A stretch of DNA of 64,000 nt from Eledone cirrhosa (Eukaryota). Where the stretch lies: positions 1,116,001 through 1,180,000 of the forward strand of contig OZ024759.1 in the NCBI GenBank assembly GCA_964016885.1. The letters run 5' to 3'. Of the stretch, positions 1-13,299 are shown piece by piece. Numbering within the stretch: position 1 is the stretch's first letter; each line of letters begins with the position of its first letter. Made by a program: the position numbers and the translations under genes. The notes under the pieces were generated by a model, which was given only the letters and a program-made list of their open reading frames with translations, did not search any database and was not told the DNA's origin.

Positions 1-2673
1 TGACACAGTCTATATTAGTAACATGACAAAGTCTATATTAGTAACATGACACAGTCTATATTAGTAACATGACACAGTCTATATTAGTAACATGACACAG
101 TTTATATTAGTAACATGACAAAGTCTATATTAGTAACATGACAAAGTCTATATTAGTAACATGGCAGTCTATATTAGTAACATGACAAAGTCTATATTAG
201 TAACATGACACAGTGTATATTAGTAACATGACAAAGACTCTATTAGTAACATGACAAAGTCTATATTAGTAACATGACAGTCTATATTAGTAACATGACA
301 AAATCTATATTAGTAACATGACAGTCTATATTAGTAACATGACAAAGTCTATATTAGTAACATGACAGTCTATATTGTACCATGACACAGTCTATATTAG
401 TAACATGACATAGTCTATATTAGTAACATGACAAAGTCTATATTAGTAACATGACAGCCTATATTGTAACATGACACAGTCTATATTAGTAACATGACAC
501 AGTCTATATTAGTAACATGACAGTCTATATTAGTAACATGACACAGTCTATATTAGTAACATGACACAGTCTATATTAGTAACATGACAGTCTATATTAG
601 TAGCATGGCAATGTCTATATTAGTAACATGACACAGTCTATATTAGTAACAAGACATAGTCTATATTAGTAACATGACATAGTCTATATTAGTAGCATGA
701 CAAAGTCTATATTAGTAACATGACAAAGTCTATATTAGTAACATGACACAGTCTATCTTAGTAACATGACAAAGTCTATATTAGTAACATGACACAGTCT
801 ATATTAGTAACATGACAAAGTCTATATTAGTAGCATGACAAAGTCTATATTAGTAACATGACACAGTCTATATTAGTAACATGACAAAGTCTATATTAGT
901 AACGTGACAAAGTCTATATTAGTAACATGACAAAGTCTATATTAGTAACATGACTAAGTCTATATTAGTAACATGACACAGTCTATATTAGTAACATGAC
1001 AGTCTATATTAGTAGCATGACAAAGTCTATATTAGTAACATGACACAGTCTATATTAGTAACATGACACAGTCTATATTAGTAACATGACACAGTCTATA
1101 TTAGTAACATGACAGTCTATATTAGTAACATGACAAAGTCTATATTAGTAACATGGCAAAGTCTATGTTAGTAACATGACAAAGTCTATATTAGTAACAT
1201 GACAGTCTATATTAGTAACATGACACATTCTATATTAGTAACATGACAAAGTCTATATTAGTAGCATGACAAAGTCTATATTAGTAACATGACAGTCTAT
1301 ATTAGTAACATGCCAAAGTCTATATTAGTAGCATGACAAAGTCTATATTAGTAACATGACACAGTCTATATTAGTAACATGACACAGTCTATATTAGTAA
1401 CATGACACAGTCTATATTAGTAGCATGACAAAGTCTATATTAGTAACATGACAAAGTCTATATTAGTAACATGACAAAGTCTATATTAGTAACATGACAA
1501 AGTCTATATTAGTAACATGACACAGTGTATATTAGTAATATGACAGTCTATATTAGTAGCATGACAAAGTCTATATTAGTAACATGACAAAGTCTATATT
1601 AGTAACATGACACAGTCTATATTAGTAACATGACACAGTCTATATTAGTAACATGACAAAGTCTATATTAGTAACATGACACAGTCTATATTAGTAACAT
1701 GACAAAGTCTATATTAGTAACATGACAAAGTCTATATTAGTAACATGACAGTCTATATTAGTAACATGACAAAGTCTATATTAGTAACATGACAAAGTCT
1801 CTATTAGTAACATGACAAAGTCTATATTAGTAACATGACAAAGTCTCTATTAGTAACATGACAAAGTCTATATTAGTAACATGACAGTCTATATTAGTAA
1901 CATGACAAAGTCTATATTAGTAACATGACAGTCTATATTGTAACATGACACAGTCTATATTAGTAACATGACACAGTTTATATTAGTAACATGACATAGT
2001 CTATATTAGTAACATGACAAAGTCTATATTAGTAACATGACAGTCTATATTGTAACATGACACAGTCTATATTAGTAACATGACACAGTCTATATTAGTA
2101 ACATGACAGTCTATATTAGTAACATGACAAAGTCTATATTAGTAACATGACAAAGTCTATATTAGTAACATGACAAAGTCTATATTAGTAACATGACAAA
2201 GTCTATATTAGTAGCATGACACAGTCTATATTAGTAACATGACAAAGTCTATATTAGTAACATGACAAAGTCTATATTAGTAACATGACACAGTCTATAT
2301 TAGTAACATGACACAGTCTATATTAGTAACATGACAAAGTCTATATTAGTAGCATGACAAAGTCTATATTAGTAACATGACACAGTCTATATTAGTAACA
2401 TGACAAAGTCTATATTAGTAGCATGACAAAGTCTATATTAGTAACATGACAAAGTCTATATTAGTAACATGACACAGTCTATATTAGTAACATGACAGTC
2501 TATATTAGTAAAATGACAGTCCATATTAGTAGCATGACAAAGTCTATATTAGTAACATGACCCAGTCTATATTAGTAACATGACACAGTCTATATTAGTA
2601 ACATGACACAGTCTATATTAGTAACATCACACAGTCTATATTAGTAACATGACAAAGTCTATATTAGTAACAT

Positions 2674-3439
2674 GGCAAAGTCTATATTAGTAACATGACA
2701 AAGTCTATATTAGTAACATGACAAGGCCTATATTAGTAATATGACACAGTCTATATTAGTAACATGACAAAGTCTATATTAGTAACATGACAGTCTATAT
2801 TAGTAACATGACAAAGTCTATATTAGTAATATGACAAAGTCTATATTAGTAACATGACAGTCTATATTAGTAACATGACACAGTCTATATTAGTAACATG
2901 ACAAAGTCTATATTAGTAACATGACACAGTCTATATTAGTAACATGACAAAGACTCTATTAGTAACATGACAAAGTCTATATTAGTAACATGACAGTCTA
3001 TATTAGTAACATGACAAAATCTATATTAGTAACATGACAGTCTATATTAGTAACATGGCAAAGTCTATATTAGTAACATGACAAAGTCTATATTAGTAAC
3101 ATGACAAGGCCTATATTAGTAATATGACACAGTCTATATTAGTAACATGACAAAGTCTATATTAGTAACATGACAGTCTATATTAGTAACATGACAAAGT
3201 CTATATTAGTAATATGACAAAGTCTATATTAGTAACATGACAGTCTATATTAGTAACATGACACAGTCTATATTAGTAACATGACAAAGTCTATATTAGT
3301 AACATGACACAGTCTATATTAGTAACATGACAAAGACTCTATTAGTAACATGACAAAGTCTATATTAGTAACATGACAGTCTATATTAGTAACATGACAA
3401 AATCTATATTAGTAACATGACAGTCTATATTAGTAACAT
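2674..3439. repeat. 383-bp (17-monomer) local tandem duplication
   Basis: ggcaaag at 2674 and 3057, aaggcc at 2725 and 3108, aaaatc at 3020 and 3403, all offset 383 (13x23 + 4x21). Confidence 0.9.
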
Positions 3440-6400
3440 GACAAAGTCTATATTAGTAACATGACAGTCTATATTGTACCATGACACAGTCTATATTAGT
3501 AACATGACATAGTCTATATTAGTAACATGACAAAGTCTATATTAGTAACATGACAGCCTATATTGTAACATGACACAGTCTATATTAGTAACATGACACA
3601 GTCTATATTAGTAACATGACAGTCTATATTAGTAACATGACACAGTCTATATTAGTAACATGACACAGTCTATATTAGTAACATGACAGTCTATATTAGT
3701 AGCATGGCAATGTCTATATTAGTAACATGACACAGTCTATATTAGTAACAAGACATAGTCTATATTAGTAACATGACATAGTCTATATTAGTAGCATGAC
3801 AAAGTCTATATTAGTAACATGACAAAGTCTATATTAGTAACATGACACAGTCTATCTTAGTAACATGACAAAGTCTATATTAGTAACATGACACAGTCTA
3901 TATTAGTAACATGACAAAGTCTATATTAGTAGCATGACAAAGTCTATATTAGTAACATGACACAGTCTATATTAGTAACATGACAAAGTCTATATTAGTA
4001 ACGTGACAAAGTCTATATTAGTAACATGACAAAGTCTATATTAGTAACATGACTAAGTCTATATTAGTAACATGACACAGTCTATATTAGTAACATGACA
4101 GTCTATATTAGTAGCATGACAAAGTCTATATTAGTAACATGACACAGTCTATATTAGTAACATGACACAGTCTATATTAGTAACATGACACAGTCTATAT
4201 TAGTAACATGACAGTCTATATTAGTAACATGACAAAGTCTATATTAGTAACATGGCAAAGTCTATGTTAGTAACATGACAAAGTCTATATTAGTAACATG
4301 ACGGTCTATATTAGTAACATGACACATTCTATATTAGTAACATGACAAAGTCTATATTAGTAGCATGACAAAGTCTATATTAGTAACATGACAGTCTATA
4401 TTAGTAACATGCCAAAGTCTATATTAGTAGCATGACAAAGTCTATATTAGTAACATGACACAGTCTATATTAGTAACATGACACAGTCTATATTAGTAAC
4501 ATGACACAGTCTATATTAGTAGCATGACAAAGTCTATATTAGTAACATGACAAAGTCTAAATTAGTAACATGACAAAGTCTATATTAGTAACATGACAAA
4601 GTCTATATTAGTAACATGACACAGTGTATATTAGTAATATGACAGTCTATATTAGTAGCATGACAAAGTCTATATTAGTAACATGACAAAGTCTATATTA
4701 GTAACATGACACAGTCTATATTAGTAACATGACACAGTCTATATTAGTAACATGACAAAGTCTATATTAGTAACATGACACAGTCTATATTAGTAACATG
4801 ACAAAGTCTATATTAGTAACATGACAAAGTCTATATTAGTAACATGACAGTCTATATTAGTAACATGACAAAGTCTATATTAGTAACATGACAAAGTCTC
4901 TATTAGTAACATGACAAAGTCTATATTAGTAACATGACAAAGTCTCTATTAGTAACATGACAAAGTCTATATTAGTAACATGACAGTCTATATTAGTAAC
5001 ATGACAAAGTCTATATTAGTAACATGACAGTCTATATTGTAACATGACACAGTCTATATTAGTAACATGACACAGTTTATATTAGTAACATGACATAGTC
5101 TATATTAGTAACATGACAAAGTCTATATTAGTAACATGACAGTCTATATTGTAACATGACACAGTCTATATTAGTAACATGACACAGTCTATATTAGTAA
5201 CATGACAGTCTATATTAGTAACATGACAAAGTCTATATTAGTAACATGACAAAGTCTATATTAGTAACATGACAAAGTCTATATTAGTAACATGACAAAG
5301 TCTATATTAGTAGCATGACACAGTCTATATTAGTAACATGACAAAGTCTATATTAGTAACATGACAAAGTCTATATTAGTAACATGACACAGTCTATATT
5401 AGTAACATGACACAGTCTATATTAGTAACATGACAAAGTCTATATTAGTAGCATGACAAAGTCTATATTAGTAACATGACACAGTCTATATTTGTAACAT
5501 GACAAAGTCTATATTAGTAGCATGACAAAGTCTATATTAGTAACATGACAAAGTCTATATTAGTAACATGACACAGTCTATATTAGTAACATGACAGTCT
5601 ATATTAGTAAAATGACAGTCCATATTAGTAGCATGACAAAGTCTATATTAGTAACATGACAAAGTCTATATTAGTAACATGACACAGTCTATATTAGTAA
5701 CATGACACAGTCTATATTAGTAACATCACACAGTCTATATTAGTAACATGACAAAGTCTATATTAGTAACATGGCAAAGTCTATATTAGTAACATGACAA
5801 AGTCTATATTAGTAACATGACAAGGCCTATATTAGTAATATGACACAGTCTATATTAGTAACATGACAAAGTCTATATTAGTAACATGACAGTCTATATT
5901 AGTAACATGACAAAGTCTATATTAGTAACATGACAAAGTCTATATTAGTAACATAACAGTCTATATTAGTAACATGACACAGTCTATATTAGTAACATGA
6001 CAAAGTCTATATTAGTAACATGACACAGTCTATATTAGTAACATGACAAAGACTCTATTAGTAACATGACAAAGTCTATATTAGTAACATGACAGTCTAT
6101 ATTAGTAACATGACAAAATCTATATTAGTTACATGACAGTCTATATTAGTAACATGACAAAGTCTATATTAGTAACATGACAGTCTATATTGTACCATGA
6201 CACAGTCTATATTAGTAACATGACATAGTCTATATTAGTAACATGACAAAGTCTATATTAGTAACATGACAGTCTATATTGTAACATGACACAGTCTATA
6301 TTAGTAACATGACACAGTCTATATTAGTAACATGACAGTCTATATTAGTAACATGACAAAGTCTATATTAGTAACATGACAGTCTATATTGTAATATGAC

Positions 6401-7214
6401 ACAGTCTATATTAGTAACATGACACAGTCTATATTAGTAACATGACAGTCTATATTAGTAACATGACAAAGTCTATATTAGTAACATGACAAAGTCTATA
6501 TTAGTAACATGACAAAGTCTATATTAGTAACATGACAAAGTCTATATTAGTAGCATGACACAGTCTATATTAGTAACATGACAAAGTCTATATTAGTAAC
6601 ATGACAAAGTCTATATTAGTAACATGACACAGTCTATATTAGTAACATGACACAGTCTATATTAGTAACATGACAAAGTCTATATTAGTAGCATGACAAA
6701 GTCTATATTAGTAACATGACACAGTCTATATTAGTAACATGACAAAGTCTATATTAGTAGCATGACAAAGTCTATATTAGTAACATGACACAGTCTATAT
6801 TAGTAACATGACAAAGTCTATATTAGTAGCATGACAAAGTCTATATTAGTAACATGACAAAGTCTATATTAGTAACATGACACAGTCTATATTAGTAACA
6901 TGACAGTCTATATTAGTAAAATGACAGTCCATATTAGTAGCATGACAAAGTCTATATTAGTAACATGACAAAGTCTATATTAGTAACATGACACAGTCTA
7001 TATTAGTAACATGACACAGTCTATATTAGTAACATCACACAGTCTATATTAGTAACATGACAAAGTCTATATTAGTAACATGGCAAAGTCTATATTAGTA
7101 ACATGACAAAGTCTATATTAGTAACATGACAGTCTATATTAGTAACATGACAAAGTCTATATTAGTAACATGACAAAGTCTATATTAGTAACATGACAGT
7201 CTATATTAGTAACA

Positions 7215-10200
7215 TGACACAGTCTATATTAGTAACATGACAAAGTCTATATTAGTAACATGACACAGTCTATATTAGTAACATGACACAGTCTATATTA
7301 GTAACATGACACAGTTTATATTAGTAACATGACAAAGTCTATATTAGTAACATGACAAAGTCTATATTAGTAACATGGCAGTCTATATTAGTAACATGAC
7401 AAAGTCTATATTAGTAACATGACACAGTGTATATTAGTAACATGACAAAGACTCTATTAGTAACATGACAAAGTCTATATTAGTAACATGACAGTCTATA
7501 TTAGTAACATGACAAAATCTATATTAGTAACATGACAGTCTATATTAGTAACATGACAAAGTCTATATTAGTAACATGACAGTCTATATTGTACCATGAC
7601 ACAGTCTATATTAGTAACATGACATAGTCTATATTAGTAACATGACAAAGTCTATATTAGTAACATGACAGCCTATATTGTAACATGACACAGTCTATAT
7701 TAGTAACATGACACAGTCTATATTAGTAACATGACAGTCTATATTAGTAACATGACACAGTCTATATTAGTAACATGACACAGTCTATATTAGTAACATG
7801 ACAGTCTATATTAGTAGCATGGCAATGTCTATATTAGTAACATGACACAGTCTATATTAGTAACAAGACATAGTCTATATTAGTAACATGACATAGTCTA
7901 TATTAGTAGCATGACAAAGTCTATATTAGTAACATGACAAAGTCTATATTAGTAACATGACACAGTCTATCTTAGTAACATGACAAAGTCTATATTAGTA
8001 ACATGACACAGTCTATATTAGTAACATGACAAAGTCTATATTAGTAGCATGACAAAGTCTATATTAGTAACATGACACAGTCTATATTAGTAACATGACA
8101 AAGTCTATATTAGTAACGTGACAAAGTCTATATTAGTAACATGACAAAGTCTATATTAGTAACATGACTAAGTCTATATTAGTAACATGACACAGTCTAT
8201 ATTAGTAACATGACAGTCTATATTAGTAGCATGACAAAGTCTATATTAGTAACATGACACAGTCTATATTAGTAACATGACACAGTCTATATTAGTAACA
8301 TGACACAGTCTATATTAGTAACATGACAGTCTATATTAGTAACATGACAAAGTCTATATTAGTAACATGGCAAAGTCTATGTTAGTAACATGACAAAGTC
8401 TATATTAGTAACATGACAGTCTATATTAGTAACATGACACATTCTATATTAGTAACATGACAAAGTCTATATTAGTAGCATGACAAAGTCTATATTAGTA
8501 ACATGACAGTCTATATTAGTAACATGCCAAAGTCTATATTAGTAGCATGACAAAGTCTATATTAGTAACATGACACAGTCTATATTAGTAACATGACACA
8601 GTCTATATTAGTAACATGACACAGTCTATATTAGTAGCATGACAAAGTCTATATTAGTAACATGACAAAGTCTATATTAGTAACATGACAAAGTCTATAT
8701 TAGTAACATGACAAAGTCTATATTAGTAACATGACACAGTGTATATTAGTAATATGACAGTCTATATTAGTAGCATGACAAAGTCTATATTAGTAACATG
8801 ACAAAGTCTATATTAGTAACATGACACAGTCTATATTAGTAACATGACACAGTCTATATTAGTAACATGACAAAGTCTATATTAGTAACATGACACAGTC
8901 TATATTAGTAACATGACAAAGTCTATATTAGTAACATGACAAAGTCTATATTAGTAACATGACAGTCTATATTAGTAACATGACAAAGTCTATATTAGTA
9001 ACATGACAAAGTCTCTATTAGTAACATGACAAAGTCTATATTAGTAACATGACAAAGTCTCTATTAGTAACATGACAAAGTCTATATTAGTAACATGACA
9101 GTCTATATTAGTAACATGACAAAGTCTATATTAGTAACATGACAGTCTATATTGTAACATGACACAGTCTATATTAGTAACATGACACAGTTTATATTAG
9201 TAACATGACATAGTCTATATTAGTAACATGACAAAGTCTATATTAGTAACATGACAGTCTATATTGTAACATGACACAGTCTATATTAGTAACATGACAC
9301 AGTCTATATTAGTAACATGACAGTCTATATTAGTAACATGACAAAGTCTATATTAGTAACATGACAAAGTCTATATTAGTAACATGACAAAGTCTATATT
9401 AGTAACATGACAAAGTCTATATTAGTAGCATGACACAGTCTATATTAGTAACATGACAAAGTCTATATTAGTAACATGACAAAGTCTATATTAGTAACAT
9501 GACACAGTCTATATTAGTAACATGACACAGTCTATATTAGTAACATGACAAAGTCTATATTAGTAGCATGACAAAGTCTATATTAGTAACATGACACAGT
9601 CTATATTAGTAACATGACAAAGTCTATATTAGTAGCATGACAAAGTCTATATTAGTAACATGACAAAGTCTATATTAGTAACATGACACAGTCTATATTA
9701 GTAACATGACAGTCTATATTAGTAAAATGACAGTCCATATTAGTAGCATGACAAAGTCTATATTAGTAACATGACCCAGTCTATATTAGTAACATGACAC
9801 AGTCTATATTAGTAACATGACACAGTCTATATTAGTAACATCACACAGTCTATATTAGTAACATGACAAAGTCTATATTAGTAACATGGCAAAGTCTATA
9901 TTAGTAACATGACAAAGTCTATATTAGTAACATGACAAGGCCTATATTAGTAATATGACACAGTCTATATTAGTAACATGACAAAGTCTATATTAGTAAC
10001 ATGACAGTCTATATTAGTAACATGACAAAGTCTATATTAGTAATATGACAAAGTCTATATTAGTAACATGACAGTCTATATTAGTAACATGACACAGTCT
10101 ATATTAGTAACATGACAAAGTCTATATTAGTAACATGACACAGTCTATATTAGTAACATGACAAAGACTCTATTAGTAACATGACAAAGTCTATATTAGT

Positions 10201-10270
10201 AACATGACAGTCTATATTAGTAACATGACAAAATCTATATTAGTAACATGACAGTCTATATTAGTAACAT
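7215..10270. repeat. Near-identical copy of 1-~3056 (offset 7,214 bp)
   Basis: gtttat 101/7315, gtgtat 215/7429, gtacc 377/7591, gaccc 2561/9775, aaaatc 3020/10234, all offset 7,214. Confidence 0.88.
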
Positions 10271-13200
10271 GACAAAGTCTATATTAGTAACATGACAGTC
10301 TATATTGTACCATGACACAGTCTATATTAGTAACATGACATAGTCTATGTTAGTAACATGACAAAGTCTATATTAGTAACATGACAGTCTATATTGTAAC
10401 ATGACACAGTCTATCTTAGTAACATGACACAGTCTATATTAGTAACATGACAGTCTATATTAGTAACATGACACAGTCTATATTAGTAACATGACCCAGT
10501 CTATATTAGTAACATGACAGTCTATATTAGTAGCATGGCAATGTCTATATTAGTAACATGACACAGTCTATATTAGTAACAAGACATTGTCTATATTAGT
10601 AGCATGACAAAGTCTATATTAGTAACATGACAAAGTCTATATTAGTAACATGACAAAGTCTATATTAGTAACATGACAAAGTCTATATTAGTAACATGAC
10701 AAAGTTTATATTAGTAACATGACTAAGTCTATATTAGTAACATGACACAGTCTATATTAGTAACATGACAGTCTATATTAGTAGCATGACAAAGTCTATA
10801 TTAGTAACATGACAAAGTCTATATTAGTAACATGACACAGTCTATATTAGTAACATGACACAGTCTATATTAGTAACATGACAGTCTATATTAGTAACAT
10901 GACAAAGTCTATATTAGTAACATGGCAAAGTCTATGTTAGTAACATGACAAAGTCTATATTAGTAACATGACAGTCTATATTAGTAACATGACACATTCT
11001 ATATTAGTAACATGACAAAGTCTATATTAGTAGCATGACAAAGTCTATATTAGTAACATGACAGTCTATATTAGTAACATGCCAAAGTCTATATTAGTAG
11101 CATGACAAAGTCTATATTAGTAACATGACACAGTCTATATTAGTAACATGACACAGTCTATATTAGTAACATGACACAGTCTATATTAGCAGCATGACAA
11201 AGTCTATATTAGTAACATGACAAAGTCTATATTAGTAACATGACAAAGTCTATATTAGTAACATGACACAGTGTATATTAGTAATATGACAGTCTATATT
11301 AGTAGCATGACAAAGTCTATATTAGTAACATGACAAAGTCTATATTAGTAACATGACACAGTCTATATTAGTAACATGACACAGTCTATATTAGTAACAT
11401 GACACAGTCTATATTAGTAACATGACAAAGTCTATATTAGTAACATGGCAAAGTCTATATTAGTAACATGACAAAGTCTATATTAGTAACATGACAAAGT
11501 CTATATTAGTAACATGACACAGTCTATATTAGTAACATGACAAAGTCTATATTAGTAACATGACAGTCTATATTAGTAACATGCCAAAGTCTATATTAGT
11601 AGCATGACAAAGTCTATATTAGTAGCATGACACAGTCTATATTAGTAACATGACATAGTCTATATTAGTAACATGACACAGTCTATATTAGTAGCATGAC
11701 AAAGTCTATATTAGTAACATGACAAAGTCTATATTAGTAACATGAGAAAGTCTATATTAGTAACATGACACAGTCTATATTAGTAACATGACAAAGTCTA
11801 TATTAGTAACATGACACAGTCTATATTAGTAACATGACACAGTCTATATTAGTAACATGACAAAGTCTATATTAGTAGCATGACAAAGTCTATATTAGTA
11901 ACATGACAAAGTCTATATTAGTAACATGGCACAGTCTATATTAGTAACATGACAGAGTCTATATTAGTAACATGACGGTCTATATTAGTAACATGACAGT
12001 CTATATTAGTAGCATGACAAAGTCTATATTAGTAACATGACACAGTCTATATCAGTAACATGACACAGTCTATATTAGTAACATGACAAAGTCTATATTA
12101 GTAGCATGACAAAGTCTATATTAGTAACATGACACAGTCTATATTAGTAACATGACAAAGTCTATATTAGTAGCATGACAAAGTCTATATTAGTAACATG
12201 ACAAAGTCTATATTAGTAACATGACACAGTCTATATTAGTAACATGACAGTCTATATTAGTAACATGACAGTCCATATTAGTAGCATGACAAAGTCTATA
12301 TTAGTAACATGACAAAGTCTATATTAGTAACATGACACAGTCTATATTAGTAACATGACACAGTCTATATTAGTAACATCATACAGTCTATATTAGTAAC
12401 ATGACAAAGTCTATATTAGTAACATGGCAAAGTCTATATTAGTAACATGACACAGTCTATATTAGTAACATGACAAGGCCTATATTAGTAACATGACACA
12501 GTCTATATTAGTAACATGACAAAGTCTATATTAGTAACATGACAGTCTATATTAGTAACATGACAAAGTCTATATTAGTAACATGACAAAGTCTATATTA
12601 GTAACATGACAGTCTATATTAGTAACATGACACAGTCTATATTAGTAACATGACAAAGTCTATATTAGTAACATGACACAGTCTATATTAGTAACATAAC
12701 ACAGTCTATATTAGTAACATGACACAGTTTATATTAGTAACATGACAAAGTCTATATTAGTAACATGACAAAGTCTATATTAGTAACATGGCAGTCTATA
12801 TTAGTTACATGACAAAGTCTATTTTAGTAACATGACACAGTCTATATTAGTAACATGACAAAGACTCTATTAGTAACATGACAAAGTCTATATTAGTAAC
12901 ATGACAGTCTATATTAGTAACATGACAAAATCTATATTAGTAACATGACAGTCTATATTAGTAACATGACAAAGTCTATATTAGTAACATGACAGTCTAT
13001 ATTGTACCATGACACAGTCTATATTAGTAACATGACATAGTCTATATTAGTAACATGACACAGTCTATATTAGTAACATGACAGTCTATATTAGTAACAT
13101 GACAAAGTCTATATTAGTAACATGACAAAGTCTATATTAGTATCATGACAAAGTCTATATTAGTAGCATGACAGTCTATATTAGTAACATGACAAAGTCT

Positions 13201-13299
13201 ATATTAGTAACATGACACAGTCTATATTAGTAACATGACAAAGTCTATATTAGTAACATGACACAGTCTATATTAGTAACATGACATAGTCTATATTAG

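Larger units (their letters stand above)
377..10306. repeat. Higher-order repeat, basic period 2,716 bp (about 120 monomers)
   Basis: The rare marker 'attGTACCatg' (G position) occurs at 377, 3476, 6192, 7591, 10307. 3476->6192 and 7591->10307 are both 2,716 bp; 377->3476 is 2,716+383. The ordered string of variants (gcctat, ggcaatg, aacaag, ctatctt, aacgtg, gactaag, ctatgtt, acattc, gccaaag, gtgtat..aatatg, gtctct x2, aaaatg, gtccat, catcac, aaggcc, gactct, aaaatc) recurs in the same order. Confidence 0.9.

Noticed and set aside
1-300. Transcription-factor motifs: MEF2-like CTATATTAG, p53-like AACATG, MEIS/TGIF TGACAG in 21-mers, TATA-like TATATT
   Set aside because: MEF2 needs CTA(W)4TAG and there are only 3 W here. 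The p53 half-site RRRCWWGYYY is not met. The others are too short to be meaningful without organism or binding data.
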